Shown here: piece after piece, positions 51,183 through 60,736 of the stretch
Numbering within the stretch: the first letter of the stretch is position 1
Layout of the letters: the number at the start of each line of letters is the position of its first letter
Source: Bacteroidaceae bacterium
GTDB lineage: Bacteria > Bacteroidota > Bacteroidia > Bacteroidales > Barnesiellaceae_A
Direction of reading: 5' to 3'
DNA length: 64,000 nucleotides
Assembly: GCA_017555825.1 (NCBI GenBank)
Contig: JAFZFQ010000061.1
Coordinates: forward strand, 9,534-73,533
The notes under the pieces: model-generated
What the model was told of the DNA's origin: nothing
Databases searched by the model: none
The model's input: only the letters and a program-made list of their open reading frames with translations
Program-made: the position numbers and the translations under genes

Positions 51183-52614
51183 TGTGTGGAAATCGGTAGA
51201 CAAGTTTACCATCTTCTTGTATGTTGTGCTTGTCTTCTTTGGCTGGGTGAGTATCTATGCAGCCAGCTATGACTTTGACCAAGCAAGTATATTCGATTTT
51301 GCCGAGCGTTCGGGCAAGCAACTTGTGTGGATAGGCCTGTCGTTTGTCTTGGCGTCGGTCATTCTGCTCATCGACTCCCGCATGTTTGAGACGTATGCCT
51401 ATCTCATATACATTGCCTTTATATTGCTGCTACTATTTACGTTGGTGGTGGCCGATGAAGTAAAGGGCTCCCGCTCGTGGCTTACGATAACCTCTTCAGT
51501 GCGTTTGCAGCCGGCCGAGTTTGCCAAGTTTGCTACGGCGCTGGCGGTGGCCAAGATGTTCAATGGCTATAACTTCAAGTTTACCGACCCTGCCAATTTC
51601 TTCAAGGTTGTAGGCTTGGTGATACTGCCTATGCTCATTATTGTGATGCAGAAAGAGACCGGCTCGGCATTGGTATATCTGTCGTTTGTGCTCATGATGT
51701 ATCGCGAGGGTATGACCGGACTTGTGCTCTTTGGAGGTATATGTGCGATAGTATATTTTATTTTGGGTATAAAGTTTAGTGCCGATATGTGGATGGGTGC
51801 TCCATTGGGCGAGAGTATAGTGCTCATACTCATCTGTCTTGTATTGGTGGGTATTATACGTTATTTTGCCGAGAATCGCTTGGTGGCACGCAACCTCTCT
51901 ATATTCTATATCATAGTAGCAGTTGTTATCTCTATACTCATGTTGTGTGGTGTACAAGTGCCCATGCTATATGTAATGTTGGGTGTTGTAGCGCTCTCGG
52001 TGCTCTATCTCGTAGCAATCTATTTCTCGCACTTTTCGTCCAAAATATTGATTGCCGCAGCGGTTACTATTGTGTCGGTGGTATTTCTCTTTTCGTGCAA
52101 CTTTGTCTTCAATAAGCTACAGCCTCACCAACGCACCCGCATCGAAGTGTTGTTGGGTATGAAAGAAGATTTGCGCGATGCCGGATACAACGTCAATCAG
52201 TCGAAGATTGCCATTGGATCGGGCGGCTTCTGGGGTAAAGGTTTCTTGAATGGCACGCAGACCAAGCTCAAGTATGTGCCCGAGCAAGATACCGACTTTA
52301 TTTTCTGTACGATAGGCGAGGAGGAGGGCTTCTGGGGTTCGTGCCTGGTGTTGTTGCTCTATACAATACTCATATTGCGCATAATGACCATTGCCGAGCG
52401 ACAGCCACGACCGTTTGGGCGAGTCTATGCCTACTGTGTGTTGGGTATATTCTTCTTTCACCTCTTTATTAATATAGGTATGGTTATAGGTCTATGCCCT
52501 GTTATCGGTATTCCATTGCCCTTCTTTAGTTATGGAGGTTCGTCGTTGTGGGGTTTCACCATACTGTTGTTTATACTCTTGCGCATCGATGCTTCGCGCA
52601 GTGAGCATTTCTGA
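51166..52614 (+). CDS. rodA: Peptidoglycan glycosyltransferase RodA (SEDS family)
   Basis: FtsW/RodA/SpoVE pattern (QPAEFAKF, PEQDTDFIF, PFFSYGGSS). GTG start that overlaps mrdA. Confidence 0.88.
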   Translation: MARNVDVWKSVDKFTIFLYVVLVFFGWVSIYAASYDFDQASIFDFAERSGKQLVWIGLSFVLASVILLIDSRMFETYAYLIYIAFILLLLFTLVVADEVKGSRSWLTITSSVRLQPAEFAKFATALAVAKMFNGYNFKFTDPANFFKVVGLVILPMLIIVMQKETGSALVYLSFVLMMYREGMTGLVLFGGICAIVYFILGIKFSADMWMGAPLGESIVLILICLVLVGIIRYFAENRLVARNLSIFYIIVAVVISILMLCGVQVPMLYVMLGVVALSVLYLVAIYFSHFSSKILIAAAVTIVSVVFLFSCNFVFNKLQPHQRTRIEVLLGMKEDLRDAGYNVNQSKIAIGSGGFWGKGFLNGTQTKLKYVPEQDTDFIFCTIGEEEGFWGSCLVLLLYTILILRIMTIAERQPRPFGRVYAYCVLGIFFFHLFINIGMVIGLCPVIGIPLPFFSYGGSSLWGFTILLFILLRIDASRSEHF

Positions 52615-52638
52615 TGAAGCGCGTCGCTATAAGTCAAT

Positions 52639-52690
52639 AACAGAACGTGCCGGCTGCATCTATTGCGGTCGGCACGTTCTGTTGTATTGT
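52639..52690. terminator. Terminator hairpin between rodA and the convergent small gene
   Basis: A 14-bp stem, AACAGAACGTGCCG with CGGCACGTTCTGTT. Confidence 0.7.
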
Positions 52691-52701
52691 CGATAAGTTT
52701 A

Positions 52702-53037
52702 TTATTGCTCTTTGGCCTTTTCGCGAGGAATGGCGATAGAGGTGTATAGTTGCAGGAATGCCGATATGGTGAGAAGCACTATCCAATCGTTGCCTCCCTT
52801 AAACATGAGGTGCGAGGCAAACAATAGCATGAGTGTTGCCAAGAGCTCGATAAGTACCAGTCGGCGAAGGCGGGTGTTCTTGCCACGATAGGGTGTAATG
52901 AGACGGATGACAGACATGCCGGCTGCGCCTACGGCAAAGATGTAGGGAACCCACTGTTCGAAGACCACGAGAGGTAGTATAGCGCCTACTACGACGAGCA
53001 TGGCCGATGCCTTGAAGATAATATCTTTGATGTTCAT
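52702..53037 (-). CDS. Small polytopic membrane protein, unknown function
   Basis: 111 aa with three or four hydrophobic helices. Confidence 0.4.
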   Translation of the reverse strand: MNIKDIIFKASAMLVVVGAILPLVVFEQWVPYIFAVGAAGMSVIRLITPYRGKNTRLRRLVLIELLATLMLLFASHLMFKGGNDWIVLLTISAFLQLYTSIAIPREKAKEQ

Positions 53038-53048
53038 AGTTGTCCTTA

Positions 53049-53399
53049 TTATTGGTTATTGGAGTAGGTAGTTACATCACCGGGTGCCTCTACGATAATA
53101 TATACATCTTCATAAGGAAGTTGCATACCATGCTTCTCGCGGGCTATGCGGTCAATGGTGACAATATCCGACTCGGAGTTGTTTATTTCTTCTTGCAGTT
53201 GTTTTATCAAAGCCTCCTCTTGAGCTATTTCTTGCTTCAATGCTCTTATGTGGGCATCGTTCTCGCAGATGTCTATGTAGCTGTTGTTTTGGAGAACAAA
53301 CAAATGCCACAAGACAAACCCAACAATGAGGGCTGCCGGTATATAGGGTACAATATATTGTTTGACAAAAAGTTGTAGCTTGGCTAATATCTCTTTCAT
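53049..53399 (-). CDS. Septum formation initiator (FtsB/DivIC-like) protein
   Basis: A single TM helix followed by a coiled coil (IRALKQEIAQEEALIKQLQEEI) and an IAREKHGM segment. Confidence 0.5.
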   Translation of the reverse strand: MKEILAKLQLFVKQYIVPYIPAALIVGFVLWHLFVLQNNSYIDICENDAHIRALKQEIAQEEALIKQLQEEINNSESDIVTIDRIAREKHGMQLPYEDVYIIVEAPGDVTTYSNNQ

Positions 53400-53422
53400 A
53401 CCTGTTGTGTCAATAGAGATTC

Positions 53423-54130
53423 TTACAACAACAATGCGTCGGCTTTTACATACTCATCGAGGAACATTGCAACCAAAATAAGACTGTTGATGTCTTTCCA
53501 TTTGATTTTATTCTCCTTGATATACTTGTTGAAGGCCTTTTTCTGTTCGGAAGTAAGCAGGTCGCTTACGCCTCGTTTGTTGGCGTGGCATAGGGCGCGG
53601 TCGTTTACTACCATTACAGTGCGGTTGATGGTAGGCAGTGTTCTTGTGTTGTATTTGTTTTGTGTCATCTCCTTATAGCGGAGTGCTGCCATGTTACCGT
53701 GGTCGTTGAACGATGCTATACTCTGTGTAGAGGCGGTTGTTGTGGGAATGCCGTATGCGCCGTCACCGTCGTTCAGTGCATTGAAGTCGCATTGACTTGT
53801 AGTGCCTATAACGACATAATCGGTCTTGTGTAAGCATGTTACATAGAGGTTGGCTCGGTGTATCAATACAGTGTGGTCTTCACACACTACCGAGTCTATT
53901 TTGTTTCCGTCGTGTACGAGCATTATTTTCTCGTTGTCGGTAAAGTGGAGGTCGTTTTTTATCAAGTGAACGTTGATATTGGCGCTCTCGGCCTTGCCGT
54001 CTTGGTAGTATACAATAGCAGGTTTAAAATCCTTGAATAGATAGGGCCATCCTTCGGTAGGTTCGTATTCGCGTGCTACGACGGTTATGGTAGCACATAT
54101 AAGTAATGCTATAGAAACAAATTTTTTCAT
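53423..54130 (-). CDS. Hypothetical secreted protein
   Basis: Signal peptide MKKFVSIALLICATITVVA. 235 aa. No family recognised. Confidence 0.4.
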   Translation of the reverse strand: MKKFVSIALLICATITVVAREYEPTEGWPYLFKDFKPAIVYYQDGKAESANINVHLIKNDLHFTDNEKIMLVHDGNKIDSVVCEDHTVLIHRANLYVTCLHKTDYVVIGTTSQCDFNALNDGDGAYGIPTTTASTQSIASFNDHGNMAALRYKEMTQNKYNTRTLPTINRTVMVVNDRALCHANKRGVSDLLTSEQKKAFNKYIKENKIKWKDINSLILVAMFLDEYVKADALLL

Positions 54131-54353
54131 AACTTATTTTTGTTTAGGGTTCCACTTCAAGCTACGAATTTACGTATAATTTTCAATTTTTGAATATTTT
54201 GTATCCAATTTTATTGCTTCTCATGGCGAATTAAACTTTTTTAGTTGATTTTCGCGAAAAATATGGGCGTAGAGTCTTGAGCCTCAGTATAGCTAAATTT
54301 ATGCTTTGCGTATTAAAATTAATAAAAATGAATAGTATGAGATGAAAATAACT

Positions 54354-54361
54354 TATCTTTG
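54354..54361 (+). promoter_or_regulatory. -7 promoter box (TAtcTTTG)
   Basis: It overlaps the TTG start from the ORF track at 54359, which supports the ATG at 54392 as the true start. Confidence 0.5.
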
Positions 54362-54391
54362 CAGTCAAGAAAATACTTAAAAACAAAGAAT

Positions 54392-57301
54392 ATGAAAACA
54401 AGAAAATTAGGCATGTTGTTGCTTCTGCTCATCACTACCTGCTTCTATTCGGTAGCGCAATTGAGCACATTTACCTTGCGTAATGGTGCAACAGTTTACA
54501 TCTGGGAAGACAAGACACAACCCGATGTATATGGTATGGTGACATTTAATGTTGGTTCTATTGACGACCCTGCGCAATATACCGGTTTGGCGCACTACCT
54601 TGAGCACGTGATGTTTAAGGGTACTCAAACTATTGGCGCTCTTGATTGGGGTAAGGAGCAACCTTTGTATGAGCAAATTATTGCCAAGTATGACGAGATG
54701 GCTACTACCAAGGATGCAAAAGTCAAAGAGGCACTTGGTCTTGAAATCAACAAACTGTCGGTAGAAGCTGCTCAATATGCTGCTGCCAATGAGTTTACTT
54801 TGTTGGTAGATGGTATGGGTGGTCAAGGTCTCAATGCCGGTACCGGTTATGACCAAACAATGTATTACAACACATTCCCTCCCACACAACTCGAGAAGTG
54901 GTTGGAACTCTACAGCGAGCGTCTTATCGACCCCGTATTCCGTGGCTTCCAAACCGAGCTCGAAGCTGTGTATGAGGAGTACAATATGTACCAAGACAAC
55001 ATAGGCTCAAACCTCTCTCAATTTATACTAGGCGAGGCTTTCAAAGGCACACCCTATGGTCGTCCTATCATTGGTTTGCCCGAGCACTTGAAGAACCCCA
55101 GCTTGAGCAACTTGATTACTTTCTATGAAGATTGGTATGCCCCCGAGAACATGGCTATTATCCTTGTAGGTAATCTCGATGCTGCCAAGGCTGTGTCGCT
55201 CGTACGCCAAAAATTTGAGCGTATTCCCCGTCGCGGTGTCAAGACTCACGCCGAGGTGACTCGCACTCCCTTCAGCGGTCGCAAGGTTCTCTCTGAGAAA
55301 CTTTTCTATCAACCCTTTGTTGCCATGGTATACAATGGTGTGCCTTCAAACTCGGAAGATGAAATCGCATTGTCGGTAGCTACTCAATTGCTCACCAACG
55401 GTCAGTCAAGCGGTATCCTCGACAAACTTGCCGTGGATGGTACTATCATGGGTGCAGCTGCATCGCCCATGTCGTTCCGTAATGCCGGTGTGGTAATGCT
55501 TCAAATCTTCCCCGCCTACGACCAAAGCCAAGGCAAGTATGACAGCCATGCTTCGGTTGAGAAGAAAATGGTAGAGGCGCTTGAGCAATTGCGTACAGGT
55601 CAGTTCACTGTAGAGCAACTTGAGTCGGTAAAGAATGCCATGATACGCGACTTCCAATTGGGTATGGAGTCGAACAGTGCCAAGGCTCAAAATCTCTCTA
55701 ATCTATTCAATACAGGCACAAACCCTGTTGAACTTATCAACTATACTCAAAATGTAGCTGCTGTTACTCCCGAGGATGTTATCAATGTTGTAAACAAATA
55801 TCTCAACTCGGATGTATTGGTAGTAAACATTCAAGAGATAAGAGGCGACCGCAAGGTTACAAAGCTCGATAAGGTTGCCAAGCCCGGTTATCAACCCGTA
55901 GAGGCTGTACGTGGCGTGAAGAGTGAGTATGCTCAATACCTTGAGTCGATGGAGGTGCCTGCTCCTCAACCCGACTATTGTGACTTTAACTCGGTACAAG
56001 TGCGTCCTATCAACACACGTAGCAAACTCTATTATACCGAGAATACCGAGAATGAAGTATATAGCCTCACATTGCGTTATGGTGTAGGTACACGTCGCAT
56101 GCCCATCCTCGACTATGCTGTGCCCTTGATGAACAATGCCGGTACAATGGCTCACCTCACTCCCTATGAGTTCAAACAAGCATTGGCTCGTCTCAATACT
56201 ACTATTAACTATTCGGTTTCTAAGGATTATATGACTGTAACTCTCTACGGTTCGGAGAGCTCACTCACTGCTGCATGTCAACTCTTGCAACGTCAAATTC
56301 TTATGCCCCAATTGGATGAGAAGCAATTGCAAGGTATCATGGGTCAAGAGTATAGCTCACGTATGAGTGAGAAGGAGAGTGTAGAGTCGCAACAACAAGC
56401 CTTGATGCAATATATGCTTTATGGTGAGAAGTCGGAGTTCCTCACTCGCATGCCTCTCCAAAAGGTTGTTGAACTCACTGTCGGTGAGTTGTCGGCTGCT
56501 TTCCGCGAGGCTACCAACTATGAGTTTACTGCACACTATGTGGGTACAATGCCCTTCGACCAAGTATACCAAATCTTGAGTACCAACTTACCTCTTATCG
56601 AGGACGAAACAGTATCGTTGTCGCCCGAGGTGATGGATCGTCAAGAGTATACCGAGAATACTATCTACTTCTTGCCCAACGACAAGGCTAAGCAAAGCAA
56701 TATCTACTTCTTTGTTGAAGGTGAGCCTTTCGATATCGATGAGTCTATTACATTGCAAGCCTTTACAACCTACTTTGGTGCCGGCTTTGGTAGCCTTGTA
56801 GTAGATGAGATTCGCGAAAAACGTGCCATGGCCTATACTGCCTACGGTGCTATCAACGCTCCTCAATTGCCCGGTAAGGATTGGATGTTTATGGGTTATG
56901 TAGGTACACAAGGCGATAAGACTCTCGAGGCCTTGCAAGTATATACCGACTTGTTGAACGACATGCCCCAGGCACGTGAAAACTTTGATGTGATAAAGAC
57001 CAACATGCGTGAGTCGCTCTTGAGCGAGAAGCCCGGTTTCCGCAACCGCAGCATGGTCTTTGAGTATTGGAAGCGTATGGGTTACGCACAAGACCCTGCT
57101 ATAGACAACATGAAACGCATTGAAGAACTTACATTTGACGACGTAGTGAAATTCTACGAGGAGAATATCAAGGGTAAGCCCATTGCGATTGCTATCGTGG
57201 GTAGCCCCAAAGATGTTAAAGAGAAAGACTTGGCTAAGTTTGGTAAAGTTGTAAAAATACAACGCAGCAAGCTCTACACCGACGACACTCTCTCGTTCTA
57301 A
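54392..57301 (+). CDS. M16-family zinc peptidase (tandem insulinase-like domains)
   Basis: Signal peptide, the inverted zinc motif HYLEHVMFKG (HxxEH), and a ~970-aa four-domain length. Confidence 0.85.
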   Translation: MKTRKLGMLLLLLITTCFYSVAQLSTFTLRNGATVYIWEDKTQPDVYGMVTFNVGSIDDPAQYTGLAHYLEHVMFKGTQTIGALDWGKEQPLYEQIIAKYDEMATTKDAKVKEALGLEINKLSVEAAQYAAANEFTLLVDGMGGQGLNAGTGYDQTMYYNTFPPTQLEKWLELYSERLIDPVFRGFQTELEAVYEEYNMYQDNIGSNLSQFILGEAFKGTPYGRPIIGLPEHLKNPSLSNLITFYEDWYAPENMAIILVGNLDAAKAVSLVRQKFERIPRRGVKTHAEVTRTPFSGRKVLSEKLFYQPFVAMVYNGVPSNSEDEIALSVATQLLTNGQSSGILDKLAVDGTIMGAAASPMSFRNAGVVMLQIFPAYDQSQGKYDSHASVEKKMVEALEQLRTGQFTVEQLESVKNAMIRDFQLGMESNSAKAQNLSNLFNTGTNPVELINYTQNVAAVTPEDVINVVNKYLNSDVLVVNIQEIRGDRKVTKLDKVAKPGYQPVEAVRGVKSEYAQYLESMEVPAPQPDYCDFNSVQVRPINTRSKLYYTENTENEVYSLTLRYGVGTRRMPILDYAVPLMNNAGTMAHLTPYEFKQALARLNTTINYSVSKDYMTVTLYGSESSLTAACQLLQRQILMPQLDEKQLQGIMGQEYSSRMSEKESVESQQQALMQYMLYGEKSEFLTRMPLQKVVELTVGELSAAFREATNYEFTAHYVGTMPFDQVYQILSTNLPLIEDETVSLSPEVMDRQEYTENTIYFLPNDKAKQSNIYFFVEGEPFDIDESITLQAFTTYFGAGFGSLVVDEIREKRAMAYTAYGAINAPQLPGKDWMFMGYVGTQGDKTLEALQVYTDLLNDMPQARENFDVIKTNMRESLLSEKPGFRNRSMVFEYWKRMGYAQDPAIDNMKRIEELTFDDVVKFYEENIKGKPIAIAIVGSPKDVKEKDLAKFGKVVKIQRSKLYTDDTLSF

Positions 57302-57326
57302 TCGACGGTATTGCAATTTTTAATAT

Positions 57327-57373
57327 GACTTAGAGCTGTCTTGCGCAAGCGAGATGGCTCTAAGTCTTTTATT
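57327..57373 (+). terminator. Rho-independent terminator after the M16 peptidase gene
   Basis: Stem GACTTAGAGC with GCTCTAAGTC, followed by TTTTATTT. Confidence 0.7.
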
Positions 57374-57407
57374 TATAGGCATGCTTGTGTGTTATGGGTT
57401 AAATTTA

Positions 57408-57415
57408 TAATTTTG
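57408..57415 (+). promoter_or_regulatory. -7 promoter box (TAatTTTG)
   Basis: TAnnTTTG match 13 nt upstream of the first ATG of the CotH gene. Confidence 0.45.
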
Positions 57416-57428
57416 TAACCGGTAATTT

Positions 57429-59015
57429 ATGTTATTTGTTATGAGAATGAAGCAGTTCTTTTCAGTTGTGCTTGCCACAGTGCTGGCAATACAAGCCTAT
57501 GCGGTGTCGTTCAATGCCGATAGCGATCCTGTTGAAGATAAGTATAAACCTCTTACCAATCTACCCACTATATTTATCGATACCGAGAATGGTGTGGAGA
57601 TAACCAGCAAGGAGGAGTATGTAAATGCAGTGGTTACAGTGCGTGGCGCAGCCGATGAAGAGGTGAATATAACCGAGGTCGCTGCCGAGATAAAAGGTCG
57701 AGGTAACTCTACTTGGGGCATGGCCAAGAAACCCTACAGACTCAAGTTTAACAAGAAGTTACAATTTATGGGCAATGAGGCGAAGGAGAAGAATTGGGTG
57801 CTCTTGGCCAACTATGCCGATAAATCGCTTCTTCGCAATGCCTTGGCCTTTGAGACGGCTCGCAATCTATTTGACTTTGCCTTTACGCCTTCTGTAACAT
57901 TTGTCGATGTTGTGCTCAACGGAGTAAATATTGGTAGCTATCTTGTTATTGACCAAGTAGAGGTGAAAGAGAAACGTGTTGATATAATGGAGCAGGAGAC
58001 CACTGTGAAGCAGGGCGAACCTGAAATCAGTGGCGGATACCTTATCGAGGTGGATGGATTTGCTTCGAGAGAAATATCGTGGTTTAAGACCACCAAGGGC
58101 ATGCAAGTAACTATCAAGTACCCCAAAGATGATGAGATAAATGCTGCACAAAAGAATTATATAACCAATTATACACAACGCATGGAGAATGCCTTGTTCT
58201 CGGATAGATATGCCGACCCCGAAAGGGGGTGGAGACACTATGTCGATGAGGCATCGTGGGTAAATTGGTATATTGCATGTGAGCTCTTTGGCAACTCCGA
58301 CTCTTGGTGGAGTACTTATATGTTTAAAGATCGTGGTGAGAAGTTTAAGTTTGGCCCTCTGTGGGATTTTGATATTGCCTTTAACAACGACTATCGCATA
58401 GGTAATGCTACCAAAAAGTATATGCGCGAGTCGGCCTGCGAGCCCAGGACGTGGATAGAGCGTTGGTGGGAAGACGAAACACTCCACGATCTTGTGAAGC
58501 AACGTTGGCAAGAGATGGGTGCCGAGAATATCAGAGCTTTTATGACTTCATACATCGATAGTATGGCCGTTTACCTCGACGAGTCACAACGCAACAATTA
58601 TGAGGTGTGGCCTACGCTCAAGACACGCGTGCATTATGAATTTTCGGTGCTTGGCACATACGAGGCCGAGGTGAATGAGTTGAAAAAGTATGTCAATGCT
58701 CGCATTGATTTTCTCGATAGCGCTTGGGGTGTGTCGGCAGGTGTCGATGGCAAGCGCGAGGATGTTGTCAAGGCTGTTATTGCACCCAATCCTGTGGCGC
58801 AAGGCGGTGATATAAAGATTGCTCATGTACAAGGCCGTGCGGGCGTGGTTATCACATCGGTCGATGGTAGAGTAGTGTACACTGCACACGATGTTGTCGC
58901 TGTAAATAATGTCATTACAATAAGTGGTCATAACCTCTCGGCCGGTGTATACATCGTGGCTCTGTGCAATGCCAATGGTAATGTTGTATATAGGGGCACG
59001 CTGCTTGTAGAATAA
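57429..59015 (+). CDS. CotH kinase-family protein with a T9SS C-terminal sorting domain
   Basis: CotH-like segments RGNSTWGMAKKPYRLKF and NWVLLANYADKSLLRNALAFE. The C-terminal ~80 aa (APNPVAQGGDIKI...LSAGVYIV...VYRGTLLVE) resemble a Por/T9SS CTD. The start could instead be 57441 or 57447. Confidence 0.7.
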   Translation: MLFVMRMKQFFSVVLATVLAIQAYAVSFNADSDPVEDKYKPLTNLPTIFIDTENGVEITSKEEYVNAVVTVRGAADEEVNITEVAAEIKGRGNSTWGMAKKPYRLKFNKKLQFMGNEAKEKNWVLLANYADKSLLRNALAFETARNLFDFAFTPSVTFVDVVLNGVNIGSYLVIDQVEVKEKRVDIMEQETTVKQGEPEISGGYLIEVDGFASREISWFKTTKGMQVTIKYPKDDEINAAQKNYITNYTQRMENALFSDRYADPERGWRHYVDEASWVNWYIACELFGNSDSWWSTYMFKDRGEKFKFGPLWDFDIAFNNDYRIGNATKKYMRESACEPRTWIERWWEDETLHDLVKQRWQEMGAENIRAFMTSYIDSMAVYLDESQRNNYEVWPTLKTRVHYEFSVLGTYEAEVNELKKYVNARIDFLDSAWGVSAGVDGKREDVVKAVIAPNPVAQGGDIKIAHVQGRAGVVITSVDGRVVYTAHDVVAVNNVITISGHNLSAGVYIVALCNANGNVVYRGTLLVE

Positions 59016-59039
59016 ATTGCCGGTGTAGGCCTAAAATAT

Positions 59040-59085
59040 AAGCCTATCGCAGTAGTCTTGTTGGCTATGCGATAGGCTTTTTTTG
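59040..59085. terminator. Bidirectional terminator
   Basis: Stem AAGCCTATCGC with GCGATAGGCTT, followed by TTTTTT. It lies between convergent genes. Confidence 0.75.
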
Positions 59086-59106
59086 ATTTGTACGAGTGCT
59101 CTTGTC

Positions 59107-59853
59107 TTACTTAAATCCTTGTGAGGCGATGAAGTCACTCCATACTTTGCTGAAATGCTCGTTGTCTTTGCGAGTATAGCGTACGTCGGTAAATACTTGT
59201 GCAAGGCTCTCCTTGCCATTTTCCTCGACAAACTTGCGGTTGATGGGAAGTGCCTCTTTCTCGGCATAGAGTTGCTTGATGCGCTCGGGGCTGTAATCCT
59301 GATACTGTTCATGGTGTATACAGGCCTCGATAGGCAGGCGCTCTACCTGCTCGGGCATTCCGTCGGGGAAGCCTACGGTGAGTGTCGTTACAGGTACGAC
59401 GCGTGCAGGGAGGTTGAGTATCTCGGCTATTTGAGGTGCGTTGTAGGTGGTAGTGCCCAGGTAGCAACAACCAAGTCCGCGAGCCTCGGCAGCGGTGTTG
59501 AATTGTTGAGCAACCAGCAGTGTGTCTATCATAGCCGTGTTGAATGATATGAAGTTGTCGTATCCGGGTAGAGCGTTGCTTGCCTCGCACCACTTGACAA
59601 AGCGGTTGAAGTCGGCACAGAAGGTGAGTACGACGGCGGCGCCTGTTACGGTGGGTTGGTTGAAGTGAGTAGGAGCAAGGCGGCGTTTCATTTCGTCATC
59701 GCGCGTTACGACTACGCTGTAGAGTTGCATGCCGCCCGTAGTGGGGGCTCTGAAGGCCACTTCGAGAAGTTCGTTGAGCAGTTCGTTGCTCACGGGCTCG
59801 TTGCTGTATCGTCTGATGGTGCGTCTGTTGCGCAAGAGTTCCATAGTATCCAT
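59107..59853 (-). CDS. NADPH-dependent nitroreductase (NfsA-like)
   Basis: Begins MDTMELLRNRRTIRRY at the ATG at 59853. Nitroreductase fold motifs are present. The longer track ORF would overlap the tRNA gene. Confidence 0.75.
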   Translation of the reverse strand: MDTMELLRNRRTIRRYSNEPVSNELLNELLEVAFRAPTTGGMQLYSVVVTRDDEMKRRLAPTHFNQPTVTGAAVVLTFCADFNRFVKWCEASNALPGYDNFISFNTAMIDTLLVAQQFNTAAEARGLGCCYLGTTTYNAPQIAEILNLPARVVPVTTLTVGFPDGMPEQVERLPIEACIHHEQYQDYSPERIKQLYAEKEALPINRKFVEENGKESLAQVFTDVRYTRKDNEHFSKVWSDFIASQGFK

Positions 59854-59937
59854 TTCGATCAAGGGTGTTGAGGGTTGTTGTATACGTATTGTAAATGTAT
59901 GAATACAAAAAAAGCTGTCGATTGACAGCTCTCTTTG

Positions 59938-60020
59938 TGGGCGAAGATGGATTCGAACCACCGAAGGTAAAAACCAGCAGATTTACAGTCTGCCCCATTT
60001 GGCCACTCTGGTATTCGCCC
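59938..60020 (-). tRNA. tRNA-Tyr (anticodon GTA), class II with a long variable arm
   Basis: The reverse complement reads GGGCGAATACCAGAGTGGCCAAATGGGGCAGACTGTAAATCTGCTGGTTTTTACCTTCGGTGGTTCGAATCCATCTTCGCCCA. It aligns arm-for-arm with E. coli tRNA-Tyr. CCA is not encoded. Confidence 0.92.
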
Positions 60021-60032
60021 CTTTTGCGAGTG

Positions 60033-60040
60033 CAAAGATA
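60033..60040 (-). promoter_or_regulatory. -7 promoter box (TAtcTTTG on the minus strand) for tRNA-Tyr
   Basis: The + strand reads CAAAGATA, 13 nt upstream of the tRNA 5' end. Confidence 0.5.
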
Positions 60041-60139
60041 AGCATAAAAGTGTCAATTATGCAACTTTGTGGCGCACTTTTTTCGCAAATATTTTATTTT
60101 TTCTTGCGATGTATCTTTAACCTGTTGTTCTACAGTGTA

Positions 60140-60661
60140 TTATAAGAGGCTTTTTTCGACGCCACTGAGTGATATTGTTTTCAGCGCAGTCATTTTCAAT
60201 GCTGTTGCGGCACACTCGCTACCCTTGTTGCCCACAATGCCACCGGCACGGTCGAGGGCTTGTTGCATATTATTGGTAGTGATGACACCAAATATAACGG
60301 GCACGCGCTCGCGGAGGTTGAGCTCGGTAACGCCTTGTGTCACGCTGTCGCACACATAGTCGAAGTGAGGCGTATCGCCACGCACTACACAGCCCAATAC
60401 AACAACGGCATCGGGGCTCATGCGGTCTATCATGCACTTGGCTCCGTATGTGAGCTCTACAGTGCCGGGGACGCGAGTGATGAAAATGTTCTCGGGTTGT
60501 ACGCCATTTTCGGTAAGGGTCTCTATAGCGCCTTGCATGAGGGGTGATATGATGTTGTCGTTCCACTCGGCTGCTACGATACCCACTTTGAGGTTTTTGC
60601 AATGCTCGGCCGAGGGCATGCCGGCCATGAATACTTGAGCGTTATCGCTTACATTTGCCAT
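60140..60661 (-). CDS. ribH: 6,7-dimethyl-8-ribityllumazine synthase
   Basis: Motifs VPGTVELTY and GCVVRGDTPHFDYV. The start may be one of the internal Met codons near the N-terminus. Confidence 0.9.
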   Translation of the reverse strand: MANVSDNAQVFMAGMPSAEHCKNLKVGIVAAEWNDNIISPLMQGAIETLTENGVQPENIFITRVPGTVELTYGAKCMIDRMSPDAVVVLGCVVRGDTPHFDYVCDSVTQGVTELNLRERVPVIFGVITTNNMQQALDRAGGIVGNKGSECAATALKMTALKTISLSGVEKSLL

Positions 60662-60680
60662 AATAGTTGGTGGTTTATAA

Positions 60681-60710
60681 AAAGGGGCTGCGCGATGACA
60701 CAGCCCCTTT
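60681..60710 (-). terminator. Hairpin between the TPR gene and ribH
   Basis: Stem AAAGGGGCTG with CAGCCCCTTT. On the minus strand it is followed by TTTTATAAA. Confidence 0.55.
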
Positions 60711-60736
60711 GATATTGTGTATACTTTGTTACTCGA

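Noticed and set aside
49785-51212. Long antisense ORFs opposite well-supported genes. Examples: 49785..51212 (-) opposite mrdA, 21959..22876 and 22928..23836 (-) opposite yidC, 25499..26404 (-) opposite the GT4 gene, and 414..1172 and 2277..3149 (-) opposite rpoB
   Set aside because: These are shadow frames of strongly codon-biased genes. Their products are low-complexity, have no recognisable motifs, and lack start-site context. The sense-strand genes carry unambiguous family motifs.
59854-59961. Extension of the nitroreductase ORF up to 59961
   Set aside because: It would overlap the tRNA-Tyr gene (59938..60020). The family-typical N-terminus MDTMELLRNRRTIRRY starts at 59853.
60662-60736. 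FMN riboswitch upstream of ribH
   Set aside because: Only 75 nt are available, and they contain just one simple hairpin. That is far too short and unstructured for an FMN element.
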